From Gammaproteobacteria bacterium (GTDB taxonomy: Bacteria > Pseudomonadota > Gammaproteobacteria > UBA4575), in assembly GCA_965222615.1 (NCBI GenBank), contig CBDCUI010000008.1, positions 160,001 through 224,000 of the forward strand: DNA of 64,000 nucleotides. The letters are read 5' to 3'. The position numbers and the translations under genes are program-made. The notes below the pieces were generated by a model. It was not told the DNA's origin. It did no database searches and saw only the letters and a list, made by a program, of their open reading frames with translations. Within the stretch, counting starts at the first letter, position 1, and the number at the start of each line of letters is the position of its first letter. Below are positions 1 through 8,235 of this stretch, in pieces.

Positions 1-246
1 GCGAAGTTGCTATGTAAAACGGTTAACAGTGTCTAAAGATTGCTTTGCCAACATTGATTGGCTTGCAATGACAAAAGAAGCGTCACTGCGAGCAAGCACC
101 AGCTTGCGCGGCAGTCCAGCATCCTTGGTGGATAAAATGTACAACTTGTTCTGATACCGTCTGTTTGAGAATGTCTAAATTCTTTTACAGGTTAAATGAT
201 AATTGAACGTCTCTAGATTGCTTCGCCACAACAATTGGCTCGCAAT

Positions 247-1327
247 TGTATGTGTTATCTAATTCGTTGATAGATTTTGTAGCATGGAAGCGGGAGTTTT
301 GCCATCAATACCTTGATGGGCTCTCGCTTCATTGTAATAAATTAAGTAGGCACTCAGTTCATCTGCAAAGTGTTTTTCTGAGGTAAAGTAAGTACCATCA
401 ATCAAATCTTCGTTCAAGGTTCTCCAAAAGCGTTCCACTTTGCCATTGGTTTGTGGACGATAAGGTCTTGTATAGCGATGTTTGATGCCCATCTCTAGTA
501 ACATGCGCTCAAAGGCATGTTTGGGTTTTTGTTTCGACTCTTTGACTCCGAACTCCGGTCCATTATCTGTCAGGACTTCTGCAAACTGAATCCCATATTG
601 ACTCGATAAATAGTTGAAACAACGCAGCGTAGCAAACATCACCGTTAGACTTTGAATATCCTCGACCACTTGCGCCCAGGCAATACGACTGTAGGCATCC
701 ACCACACACACTAAATAGCGACGCTTGGATTCATTGGCAATCATATCCTTACTCAAGTGATGACAGTCTATATGGGCGAGCTCGCCTGCCTTTTCTCGAA
801 TAATGCGGCGTTTTTCTTCTTGCATAGCAGGCCTTAATCGGTTCACTCCATGACGTTTGAAGATCTGATAGATACATGATGGTGAGGGCGTATTCTGACC
901 TAATTTCGCTTGTAAGATAAGATGAATCTCATAGCGATTATTGCCTTGCGCACGCGCTTTGAGGACTTGCGCTTCGATCTGCGGACAAGTGCGTCGAGTA
1001 CGCCATTTCGGCCCACGTTTGGCGGGTAATAAAGAAACCACATTACCACTTTGACGATAGCGTGCGTAGTATTTTAAAAACGTTTGAGGACAAGTACCGT
1101 GGGCCGCATAGAAGTCTTTGACCCGGCGATACTGCGGGTGCTGCTTGGCTTTAACTTGTTCGTATTCAGCTATTAGATATTGATATTTCTGAATGTAGTT
1201 CTTCTTTAACGTGCTATCTCGACTGTTGATTCGCATGATGGCTTCTCCTCCTGTTCCGAGTTGCTTAGACACTTATCTAAGATTATCGGATGAGTGATTT
1301 TCATCAACGATTTACGTAACCTATACA
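247..1327 (-). mobile_element. Complete IS481-family insertion sequence (1081 bp)
   Basis: TGT...ACA ends; 25-bp imperfect terminal inverted repeats (TGTATGTGTTATCTAATTCGTTGAT vs TGTATAGGTTACGTAAATCGTTGAT, 20/25 match); GCAAT duplicated at 242-246 and 1328-1332. Confidence 0.92.
259..1236 (-). CDS. IS481-family transposase (rve/DDE integrase core)
   Basis: Motifs HIDC, TDNGPEF and PYRPQTNGKVERFWRTL. ATG at 1236 follows a GGAGGAG RBS; the stop lies inside the inverted repeat. Confidence 0.92.
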   Translation of the reverse strand: MRINSRDSTLKKNYIQKYQYLIAEYEQVKAKQHPQYRRVKDFYAAHGTCPQTFLKYYARYRQSGNVVSLLPAKRGPKWRTRRTCPQIEAQVLKARAQGNNRYEIHLILQAKLGQNTPSPSCIYQIFKRHGVNRLRPAMQEEKRRIIREKAGELAHIDCHHLSKDMIANESKRRYLVCVVDAYSRIAWAQVVEDIQSLTVMFATLRCFNYLSSQYGIQFAEVLTDNGPEFGVKESKQKPKHAFERMLLEMGIKHRYTRPYRPQTNGKVERFWRTLNEDLIDGTYFTSEKHFADELSAYLIYYNEARAHQGIDGKTPASMLQNLSTN

Positions 1328-1697
1328 GCAATGACGAGAAAAATACGTCACTGCGAGCAAGCGCCAGCTTGCGCGGCAGTCCAGCATCCTTAGTGGATAA
1401 AATGTACAACTTGTTCTGATACCGTCTGTTTGAGAATGTCTAAATTCTTTTACAGGTTAAATGATAATTGAACGTCCCTAGATTGCTTCATCACAACAAT
1501 TGGTTTGCAATGACAAGAACAAGCGTCACTGCGAGCAAGCACCAGCTTGCGCGGCAGTCCAGCATCCTTCGTGGATGGAAAGCACAACTTATTCTGATAT
1601 CGTCTATTTGGTAAGTCTAAATTTTTACGGGTTAAATTGTAATCGAACGTCCTTGTTCTTCTAGTATTCCCTATATTTTTTGAGCACACCGTCAAAG

Positions 1698-1928
1698 TTA
1701 TGACTTGCCGTCGTATGATTGCTTAAGTGAACTAGAATCCACTTTTTCATCACCATCAATTTTTACATTGAACTGATCAGTTGGGCCTTGAACGCTAATT
1801 GGAGTTACTTCTGCCTTTGTAGGGGTAATGTTGCTTACATCAACGTTATCTACACTGCGGCCACCCGCACCAAAGGCCATACCCGTTACGGTAAGTAATA
1901 ATGTAAATACAATTGCTTTTGCTTTCAT
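1698..1928 (-). CDS. Small secreted hypothetical protein
   Basis: Signal peptide MKAKAIVFTLLLTVTGMAFG; AAGGA RBS upstream. Confidence 0.65.
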   Translation of the reverse strand: MKAKAIVFTLLLTVTGMAFGAGGRSVDNVDVSNITPTKAEVTPISVQGPTDQFNVKIDGDEKVDSSSLKQSYDGKS

Positions 1929-2246
1929 GTCTATTTCCTTTGTTAAGATTTTTAATCAATTACAATCTAATAGACAGAATTTGAGAATTTTTGATTGCAC
2001 TTTTAACGATTCAAAATAATCATCGTAGTAATCAGTATTTTGAATGTAAGAATATTTTAAAAAAGCTGGTCTAATTATTCACAGCTTATGTTTATCTATT
2101 AAAGGGGACTTTATGACTAAGTATTCTAGATTTTTGGATAATTTGTACTTCTGAATCGACGTAATAGGCGCATTCTGTAATATTGAAAAGCTTTTGTTCA
2201 AGTTTACGTTTTTGATCTTCTGTCATTTAGTATTTTTAAATTGTTA

Positions 2247-3494
2247 TTATGACCATAAATGATTTAATGGAACTGCATAAGTATTAGGAGTGCTTTTTAT
2301 AGCAAGTATAGAGTCACCATTAAATAACAGTATGCCACCTTTAAAATTTTTTCCTGCTTGTGAAGCTAATCGTGCCAGACCTTTGCCATCATTTTGATTT
2401 ACACTGCTTGAACGTTTTATTTCAACACCCCATACATTACGTCCTTCTTCAATAACTACATCAACTTCTATTTGATCTTTATCTCGATAATGATAAAAGC
2501 GTAAGTTTCTATTTAGCCAAGTCGATTGGCAAATTAACTGTTGTAGTGCAAAACTTTCTAGTAAAAAACCAAATTCTTTACTGTTAGTTATCCAATCTTT
2601 AGTACCTAAATTATTTAACGAGGTAGCCAAACCAGTATCGATAATATGTATTTTAGACGATTTGATTAACCGTTTTGCTTTGTTGCTATGCCATGCAGGT
2701 AAACGTCGTACTAAAAACAATTTTTCGAGTACTCCAATATATTTTTCTATAGTTGTTCGATCATTATCGAGTTCATTTGCAATGCTACTAAGATTTAATA
2801 AGCCTGATGTTCTTATAGAAATTAATTCTAGCAGCCTTAATATTTCGTCAGTGTCACGTATATTTGCAACGTCTTTAATGTCTCTTTGTATGATTGCTTG
2901 CAAATACTGTTGATACCATGTTGTTGCACGTTTTTTAGTTAAATTTACTGGTTCTGGATAACCACCACTACATATCGCATTTTGAATTGTTGTAGTTTTT
3001 TTTGGTTTTGTTTTAATTGCGGGCTTAATTTTCCCACTCAACAAGTTATCCAATAAGTAATTTTTATTTTTTTGTTTTTCTAATTCAGAAAGCGGATATA
3101 ACGTGACAACGTGCATCCGTCCTGCTAAAGATTCATTAACTTTGGGTAATAAATATAGATTTGCTGAACCTGTTAGTAAAAAACGCCCTGATTGCTTTTT
3201 TCGTTTTATACGTTGTTCATCCACTGCCATCTTTATAGCAGGTAACAACTCAGGTACTTTCTGAATTTCATCTAAAATTACAGAATTCCCTAGTCCTTCT
3301 ACAAATCCTCGTGGATCTTCTTTTGCTGCATATAAAAGTGTCTGGTCATCAAAATTTAGGTAATCTCGTTTTGATTCTAATTGTCTAGCTAAGGTGGTTT
3401 TACCTGTTTGACGAGCGCCCGCTATACACACTACAGGATTGTGTGCTAATGCCTGAATTATCTGGTCTTCAATATATCGAGGATATATGGTCAT
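2247..3494 (-). CDS. AAA_14 ATPase with DUF4143 / PD-(D/E)XK-like C-terminus
   Basis: Walker A GARQTGKT, Walker B ILDEIQ, LTGS and GGYP motifs; C-terminal EVDVVIE..GVEIK. Confidence 0.88.
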   Translation of the reverse strand: MTIYPRYIEDQIIQALAHNPVVCIAGARQTGKTTLARQLESKRDYLNFDDQTLLYAAKEDPRGFVEGLGNSVILDEIQKVPELLPAIKMAVDEQRIKRKKQSGRFLLTGSANLYLLPKVNESLAGRMHVVTLYPLSELEKQKNKNYLLDNLLSGKIKPAIKTKPKKTTTIQNAICSGGYPEPVNLTKKRATTWYQQYLQAIIQRDIKDVANIRDTDEILRLLELISIRTSGLLNLSSIANELDNDRTTIEKYIGVLEKLFLVRRLPAWHSNKAKRLIKSSKIHIIDTGLATSLNNLGTKDWITNSKEFGFLLESFALQQLICQSTWLNRNLRFYHYRDKDQIEVDVVIEEGRNVWGVEIKRSSSVNQNDGKGLARLASQAGKNFKGGILLFNGDSILAIKSTPNTYAVPLNHLWS

Positions 3495-3502
3495 AATTTA
3501 TG

Positions 3503-3594
3503 TAGCGTCCAATTGTCGATTAGTATAGCGTCCAATTGTCGATTAGTATAGCGTCCAATTGTCGATTAACTCAGCGTCTAATTGTGGACTTAAA
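3503..3594. repeat. 4 x 23-bp direct tandem repeat (TAGCGTCCAATTGTCGATTAGTA)
   Basis: Copies at 3503, 3526 and 3549, plus a degenerate copy at 3572, immediately upstream of the ATPase start at 3494. Confidence 0.9.
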
Positions 3595-3664
3595 TTAAGT
3601 CACGAAAGGCCCAATTTGGGGGTGATAAGACCTAGAATGGGTCCGATTAAATATAAGTTCACTT

Positions 3665-3760
3665 GGATTGCTTCGTCGCTACGCTCCTCGCAATGACCGG
3701 ATTAGTTGCATCATCCCTGATGGAACTCTTATTCGCACTTCCTTGTGCTCACGCAATGAT
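3665..3760. repeat. REP-like palindrome GGATTGCTTCGTCGCTACGCTCCTCGCAATGAC plus a related downstream remnant
   Basis: Same GATTGCTTCG..CTCGCAATGAC motif as the array unit ends. The 3706-3760 segment resembles 5901-5960. Confidence 0.75.
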
Positions 3761-3910
3761 TTGAGAAAGGTCTAGCTTTTTCCATAAACAAGTACGGTAT
3801 TTCACTCGCTAAATCGGTGGTGGTTACCTTACTGCTATAATTAGGATTCAGTATATCCGTATGGGGAGCAAATATTTAAAGAAAATTTTAAAAATTTAAG
3901 GTTTATAGTT

Positions 3911-4918
3911 ATGGTTAAATTAAAAAATTATCATTTATTAAGTTTGATTTTAAGTAAGTTGTTTCTATTTATTTTGCTTATTTTTTCATTTTCAGCACAT
4001 AGTCAATCCACTGGAAATAATCAAATCACAATCTTATATGATGCATTTGGTGAAGAATCTGAGCTACGAAAAGATTGGGGCTTCTCCGCATTTATAGAAG
4101 TTTTAGGTAAACGCATTTTGTTTGATGCCGGCAACAATGCTGAAATATTTGCACATAATGTCAATACAAAAAATATTGACCTAACTGATCTTGATTTTGC
4201 TGTGGTTTCACACCGCCATGGTGATCACATGGGTGGTCTAAGTCACTTAATTAAGGTAAATCCAGATGTAAAAATTTATGTACCCAAAGAAAACTTTGGT
4301 GTATTTGGAGCAAGTTTGCCGGGTAGTTTTTATCGCAAACAAATACATTTGGAACATTACATGCGTTATTTTGATGGTAAGCCACCCAAAACCATGCATT
4401 TCGGTACACCATGGCCGAAAGGAAAATTTACTTTAGTTAAAGAAACCATTGAAATTGCACCCAGGTTTCACCTTATCCATTTGCATGGAGACTGGGGAGT
4501 GGATCTTGCGGTAAAAGAAATTTCTTTAGCCATTGATACTCCACAAGGTATCGTCTTAGTTGTTGGTTGTAGTCATCCACGTATAGAAAAAATTCTTGAG
4601 ACTGCAACAAATGTAATTAACAAGCCCATACACCTCGTTATAGGCGGATTGCATTTATTACCTGCGGATGATCAAGAGATAAATCGTATTGCTCACGCAT
4701 TGAAGAATGAATGGAGCATTCAAAATTTAGCAGCAGGGCACTGCACAGGTGAACCTGCCTTCAAAGTGCTAAGAGATACATTCAACAAGAATTATATCTA
4801 TGCTGGACTTGGGAGTGTAATACCTGTTCATATTACTCAGCAAGCATTTCATTTTGAGATAGAGCAGGCATATTGCCAAACTCAGACTTTTCCAAATGAT
4901 TTTTGGCTTACTAGATAA
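3911..4918 (+). CDS. MBL-fold metallo-hydrolase, probably exported
   Basis: Metal-binding motifs SHRHGDHMGG, GCSHP, GGLH and GHCTG; hydrophobic N-terminus. Confidence 0.85.
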   Translation: MVKLKNYHLLSLILSKLFLFILLIFSFSAHSQSTGNNQITILYDAFGEESELRKDWGFSAFIEVLGKRILFDAGNNAEIFAHNVNTKNIDLTDLDFAVVSHRHGDHMGGLSHLIKVNPDVKIYVPKENFGVFGASLPGSFYRKQIHLEHYMRYFDGKPPKTMHFGTPWPKGKFTLVKETIEIAPRFHLIHLHGDWGVDLAVKEISLAIDTPQGIVLVVGCSHPRIEKILETATNVINKPIHLVIGGLHLLPADDQEINRIAHALKNEWSIQNLAAGHCTGEPAFKVLRDTFNKNYIYAGLGSVIPVHITQQAFHFEIEQAYCQTQTFPNDFWLTR

Positions 4919-4978
4919 TCGAGTCTGAGCTAGCCATTGCAGATAAATCTATATCGTAAATTGCCTTTATTCTTAAAT

Positions 4979-5692
4979 TTAACTCTTTTCGTAAACCGGA
5001 ACCGCTGCGCCGGTTATGCCTTTCGCTTGTTCGGAACACAAGTGCAAAATTTCATTGGCTAAATCTATTGTGAGTACCCAGTTGCTGTAGTCTGCATCAG
5101 GCATATCTTCTCGGTTTTGTGGTGTATCGATTGTCCCCGGCAGAATGCAATTTACATTGATGTTATTGTGTTTATGTTCTGCAGCTAGGCTTTGAGTCAA
5201 CATAATTACGCCTGCCTTGCTTATGCAGTATGGCGCCATATTGGCTTTACCTTCTGTTGCTGCACGTGCGGCGACGTTTACGATTTTGCCTTTTTTATTT
5301 TCCAACATATGTGGAATCACTGCCCGGCACATTAGGAACACTGACTTTGTGTTCATGTTCATCATAAAGTCCCAATCGCTGACCGGTGTTTCATGCACGG
5401 CTGGGCCCATTTTGAAGCCGCCAGCGATATTGGTGAGGCAATCAATATGTTTAAAACGTTGAATAATTTGTTCAACAGAGTTGTTGACTGAATTCACATC
5501 GGTTAAATCGGTTTCAAACAGCCCAACATTCTTTGCATGTCGCCAACGCGGGTGTTGTAAGCGCTCAAAGCTGATATCGACTAATGCTATATCCGCACTG
5601 GCTCGAAAAAAGAGTTCAGCTACCATGCTGCCTAAACTACCGGCTGCTCCGGTTACTACGGCAACCTGATTAGAAAAGTCAAATTTGTTCAT
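4979..5692 (-). CDS. SDR family NAD(P)-dependent oxidoreductase
   Basis: TGAAGSLG Rossmann motif, YCISK catalytic motif, PGTIDT. Confidence 0.9.
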   Translation of the reverse strand: MNKFDFSNQVAVVTGAAGSLGSMVAELFFRASADIALVDISFERLQHPRWRHAKNVGLFETDLTDVNSVNNSVEQIIQRFKHIDCLTNIAGGFKMGPAVHETPVSDWDFMMNMNTKSVFLMCRAVIPHMLENKKGKIVNVAARAATEGKANMAPYCISKAGVIMLTQSLAAEHKHNNINVNCILPGTIDTPQNREDMPDADYSNWVLTIDLANEILHLCSEQAKGITGAAVPVYEKS

Positions 5693-5733
5693 TCTCAAAA
5701 CAATCTAAAAATTTGCGTTCCTTATATTTTACT

Positions 5734-5960
5734 GGATTACTTCGTCACTTTGTTCCTCGTAATGACGGTAGTTCTGAGGTCGCATATTGCGAGCTTAAAA
5801 TTTTTATAACTATGTTTCTTTACCTTTAATTGTATTAGATTACTTCGTCTCAATAACAAAAGTTATTTAAGATCAGAACTAGTGATCTCAAAACCTAATG
5901 ATTACATCTTCCATGATGTAAGCTCTCATTCGCACTTCCATGTACTTACCTCGCAATGAC
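5734..5960. repeat. Cluster of degenerate REP-like palindromes
   Basis: GGATTACTTCGTCACTTTGTTCCTCGTAATGAC at 5734-5766, GATTACTTCGTC near 5838, CTCGCAATGAC ending at 5960. Confidence 0.65.
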
Positions 5961-6036
5961 AAATAATTTGAGGTATCCAAAAGGGTACCTCAAGAGTTCA
6001 ATTCCACTTGAGGTCACAATTTGTGACCTCAAGTTA

Positions 6037-6330
6037 TTATTTTAAATGTTGGGTGTAATTCATATTTTGATGAAGCACACGCACAATCAAAATTTCTTGT
6101 CTTTTATGTGTGTAAAATATGGTGTGTGACTTATATTCATAACGTCTAAGCCCATTAGATAATTCATCTGCGGCTCTTCCAAGTTTTGGATTATTTGAGA
6201 GAATTTGTAAGGTGTTTATTAAATTATCTAAATAGTCACGTGCTTGTATTACTCCAAAAGCGTCAATGGTAAATTCAGCAATCTTGGCAATATCTGAAGT
6301 AGCACAAGTGGTTAAGCGATACTTAGCCAT
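6037..6330 (-). CDS. parE: Type II toxin, RelE/ParE family
   Basis: ParE pattern YRLT..A..DI, NPKLGR, HTIFY..ILIVRVLHQNM; overlaps the antitoxin gene by 8 nt. Confidence 0.9.
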   Translation of the reverse strand: MAKYRLTTCATSDIAKIAEFTIDAFGVIQARDYLDNLINTLQILSNNPKLGRAADELSNGLRRYEYKSHTIFYTHKRQEILIVRVLHQNMNYTQHLK

Positions 6331-6577
6331 GTTTGGAAGTATAACGTTGTTCCGCTTCCTTCCATATTTCTTCGATAGTTTTCTCGCTGATACCGCTTTC
6401 TAACCCGTCACGTATCGCATTTTTCAAAATTAGAAATTTAGCATTTTGCTCTTGGTCTTTGCGTAGTAAATCACGAATATATTCACTGTCGTTGGTGTAA
6501 TAGCCATTTTCTATTTGAGTTTTGATCCAGTCATCTTGTTGATCAGTAAGTGTGATGGTTTTGCGGACTGTTCCCAT
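6323..6577 (-). CDS. parD: Type II antitoxin, ParD family (ribbon-helix-helix)
   Basis: RKTITLT..G.Y.NDSEYIRDLLR and AI..GLESG motifs; directly upstream of parE. Confidence 0.9.
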   Translation of the reverse strand: MGTVRKTITLTDQQDDWIKTQIENGYYTNDSEYIRDLLRKDQEQNAKFLILKNAIRDGLESGISEKTIEEIWKEAEQRYTSKHG

Positions 6578-6670
6578 ATAGTCTCCATTTTCTTTGCATA
6601 AATAGTCATACTATTGGTGCATAATAGCATAAATCGTCAAATGCATAGAAATCTAGTGACTTTGACTAAG

Positions 6671-6699
6671 AAAAAAAAGGGAGCAGAGGTTGCTCCCTT
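6671..6699 (-). terminator. Rho-independent terminator of nrdAB
   Basis: Minus strand AAGGGAGCAACCTCTGCTCCC followed by T8. Confidence 0.8.
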
Positions 6700-6755
6700 A
6701 ATATAACCACCATAAGTGGTGGCCCCATAACGCCGGTTACATCAAACTCTAACTG

Positions 6756-8048
6756 TTACCAAGTAAGGGCTCCCCCGGTTTGGTATTCGGTAACGCGAGT
6801 TTCAAAGAAATTCTTTTCTTTTTTGAGGTCTAAGATCTCAGACATCCATGGGAAGGGATTGCTCACTCCAGTGTATTGTTGCGGCAAACCAATTTGTGCG
6901 TATCTTCGATTGGCAATAAATTTTAAGTATTCTTCAAACGTGGGTGCATTCAACCCTAAAATGCCACGCGGCATGGTGTCGTAGGCATATTGGGTTTCTA
7001 GTTTCACGCCGTCTTCTATGAGCTCTATCATTTCTTGTTGAAATTCTTCGGTCCATAAATGCGGGTTTTCTAATTTGATTTGGTTGATGACATCGATGCC
7101 AAAGTTCATGTGCATAGATTCATCACGCAAAATGTATTGAAATTGTTCGGCAACACCTGTCATTTTATTGCGACGGCCCATGGAAAGGATTTGCACAAAG
7201 CCAACATAGAAGAAGATGCCTTCAAACACGACGTAGAAGGCAATTAGATCGCGTAGTAAACGTTGATCGTCTTCTAACGTGCCCGTTTTAAAGTTTGGAT
7301 CGCCTAAGCTTTGTGTATAGGGTAATGCCCATTCGGCTTTATGGGCGACTGCAGGCACTTCACGATACATGTTAAACACTTCACCTTCATCCAAGCCTAA
7401 GGATTCAATGCAGTATTGATAGGCATGGGTGTGTACCGCTTCTTCAAACGCTTGGCGCAATAGATATTGGCGACACTCTGGGTTAGTGATGTGTCGGTAT
7501 ACCGCTAGTACTAAGTTATTGGCAACCAATGAATCTGCGGTGGAGAAGAAACCTAGGTTACGTTTAATAACAGTGCGTTCGTCTTCGGTTAGGCCTTCTG
7601 GATTTTTCCACAGTGCGATATCCGCAGTCATGTTGATTTCTTGTGGCATCCAGTGATTGGCACATCCGTCTAGGTATTTTTGCCAAGCCCATTCGTATTT
7701 AAATGGAACCAGTTGATTTAAGTCGGCACGACAGTTGATGATTTTCTTGTCGTCTACTTGAATACGACTGGCGCCCATTTCAATATTTTCTAAACCGGTA
7801 GCCCCTCTGTTTTCTTCAATCTCATGGTGTTCTGCTTGTTCGCGTAAGGCGTTTATTTCTTCAGCTGCTTTCACAATACCGGAATCACGCGGGTTTGCTA
7901 CGACTTGTTCAAAGGTCGTTAATGTTGGTATCGGTCTTCCGGGCGGTGTGGTATTTTCATCTTCAGATGATTCGGCAAATACAGCAGGCCCGGTAGCACT
8001 TGTTCGGTTTTCTTTTGCATCTGTAATTGGATCTTCCCAGTTTTGCAT
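6756..8048 (-). CDS. nrdB: Class Ia ribonucleotide reductase beta subunit
   Basis: [19 protein letters not shown] (radical Tyr present), EGIFF, RDESMH and [10 protein letters not shown] motifs; N-terminal extension. Confidence 0.96.
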   Translation of the reverse strand: MQNWEDPITDAKENRTSATGPAVFAESSEDENTTPPGRPIPTLTTFEQVVANPRDSGIVKAAEEINALREQAEHHEIEENRGATGLENIEMGASRIQVDDKKIINCRADLNQLVPFKYEWAWQKYLDGCANHWMPQEINMTADIALWKNPEGLTEDERTVIKRNLGFFSTADSLVANNLVLAVYRHITNPECRQYLLRQAFEEAVHTHAYQYCIESLGLDEGEVFNMYREVPAVAHKAEWALPYTQSLGDPNFKTGTLEDDQRLLRDLIAFYVVFEGIFFYVGFVQILSMGRRNKMTGVAEQFQYILRDESMHMNFGIDVINQIKLENPHLWTEEFQQEMIELIEDGVKLETQYAYDTMPRGILGLNAPTFEEYLKFIANRRYAQIGLPQQYTGVSNPFPWMSEILDLKKEKNFFETRVTEYQTGGALTW

Positions 8049-8070
8049 GGTGCCCTTTCTCCTCTATTTC

Positions 8071-8213
8071 AAACCACATCTAGAAATGTCCTTTTTTAAG
8101 CATAGCTTCGTTAGCAACATGCTCAGATCCTCATGTATTGCATATACACTCCGGTCTTGCGCGTGTTGCTGCCTTGCTCTGCTTAAAAAATTACGATTTC
8201 TGGTCATAGTTTT
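8071..8213. repeat. ERIC/RPE-like palindromic intergenic element
   Basis: Long imperfect hairpin with core CTCATGTATTGCATATACACTCCG; close reverse-complement relative at ~35152-35293. Confidence 0.8.
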
Positions 8214-8235
8214 GGTCTAGTTACTTTTGTGCTGC

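Larger units (their letters stand above)
31..1652. repeat. Tandem array of ~178-bp REP-doublet (REPIN-like) units, interrupted by IS481
   Basis: Units start CGTCACTGCGAGCAAGC at 81, 1346 and 1524 (period 178) and end GATTGCTTCG..CTCGCAATGAC. A partial unit tail lies at 31-80. Internal sequence is near-identical between units 1 and 2. Confidence 0.9.

Noticed and set aside
31-1652. CRISPR array that could partner the orphan Cas6
   Set aside because: The period is 178 bp and the intervening sequences are near-identical rather than unique spacers; the ends are REP-like.
1206-1695. ORFs 1206-1409 and 1450-1695
   Set aside because: Both are translations of the repeat unit (shared STKDAGLPRKL); one crosses the IS end.
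3503-3594. Mini CRISPR array
   Set aside because: The 23-bp units are head-to-tail with no spacers.
6756-8048. Class Ic (Mn/Fe, Tyr-less) R2 subunit
   Set aside because: The radical Tyr (EAVHTHAY) and the Asp ligand (ADSLV) are present, so it is class Ia.
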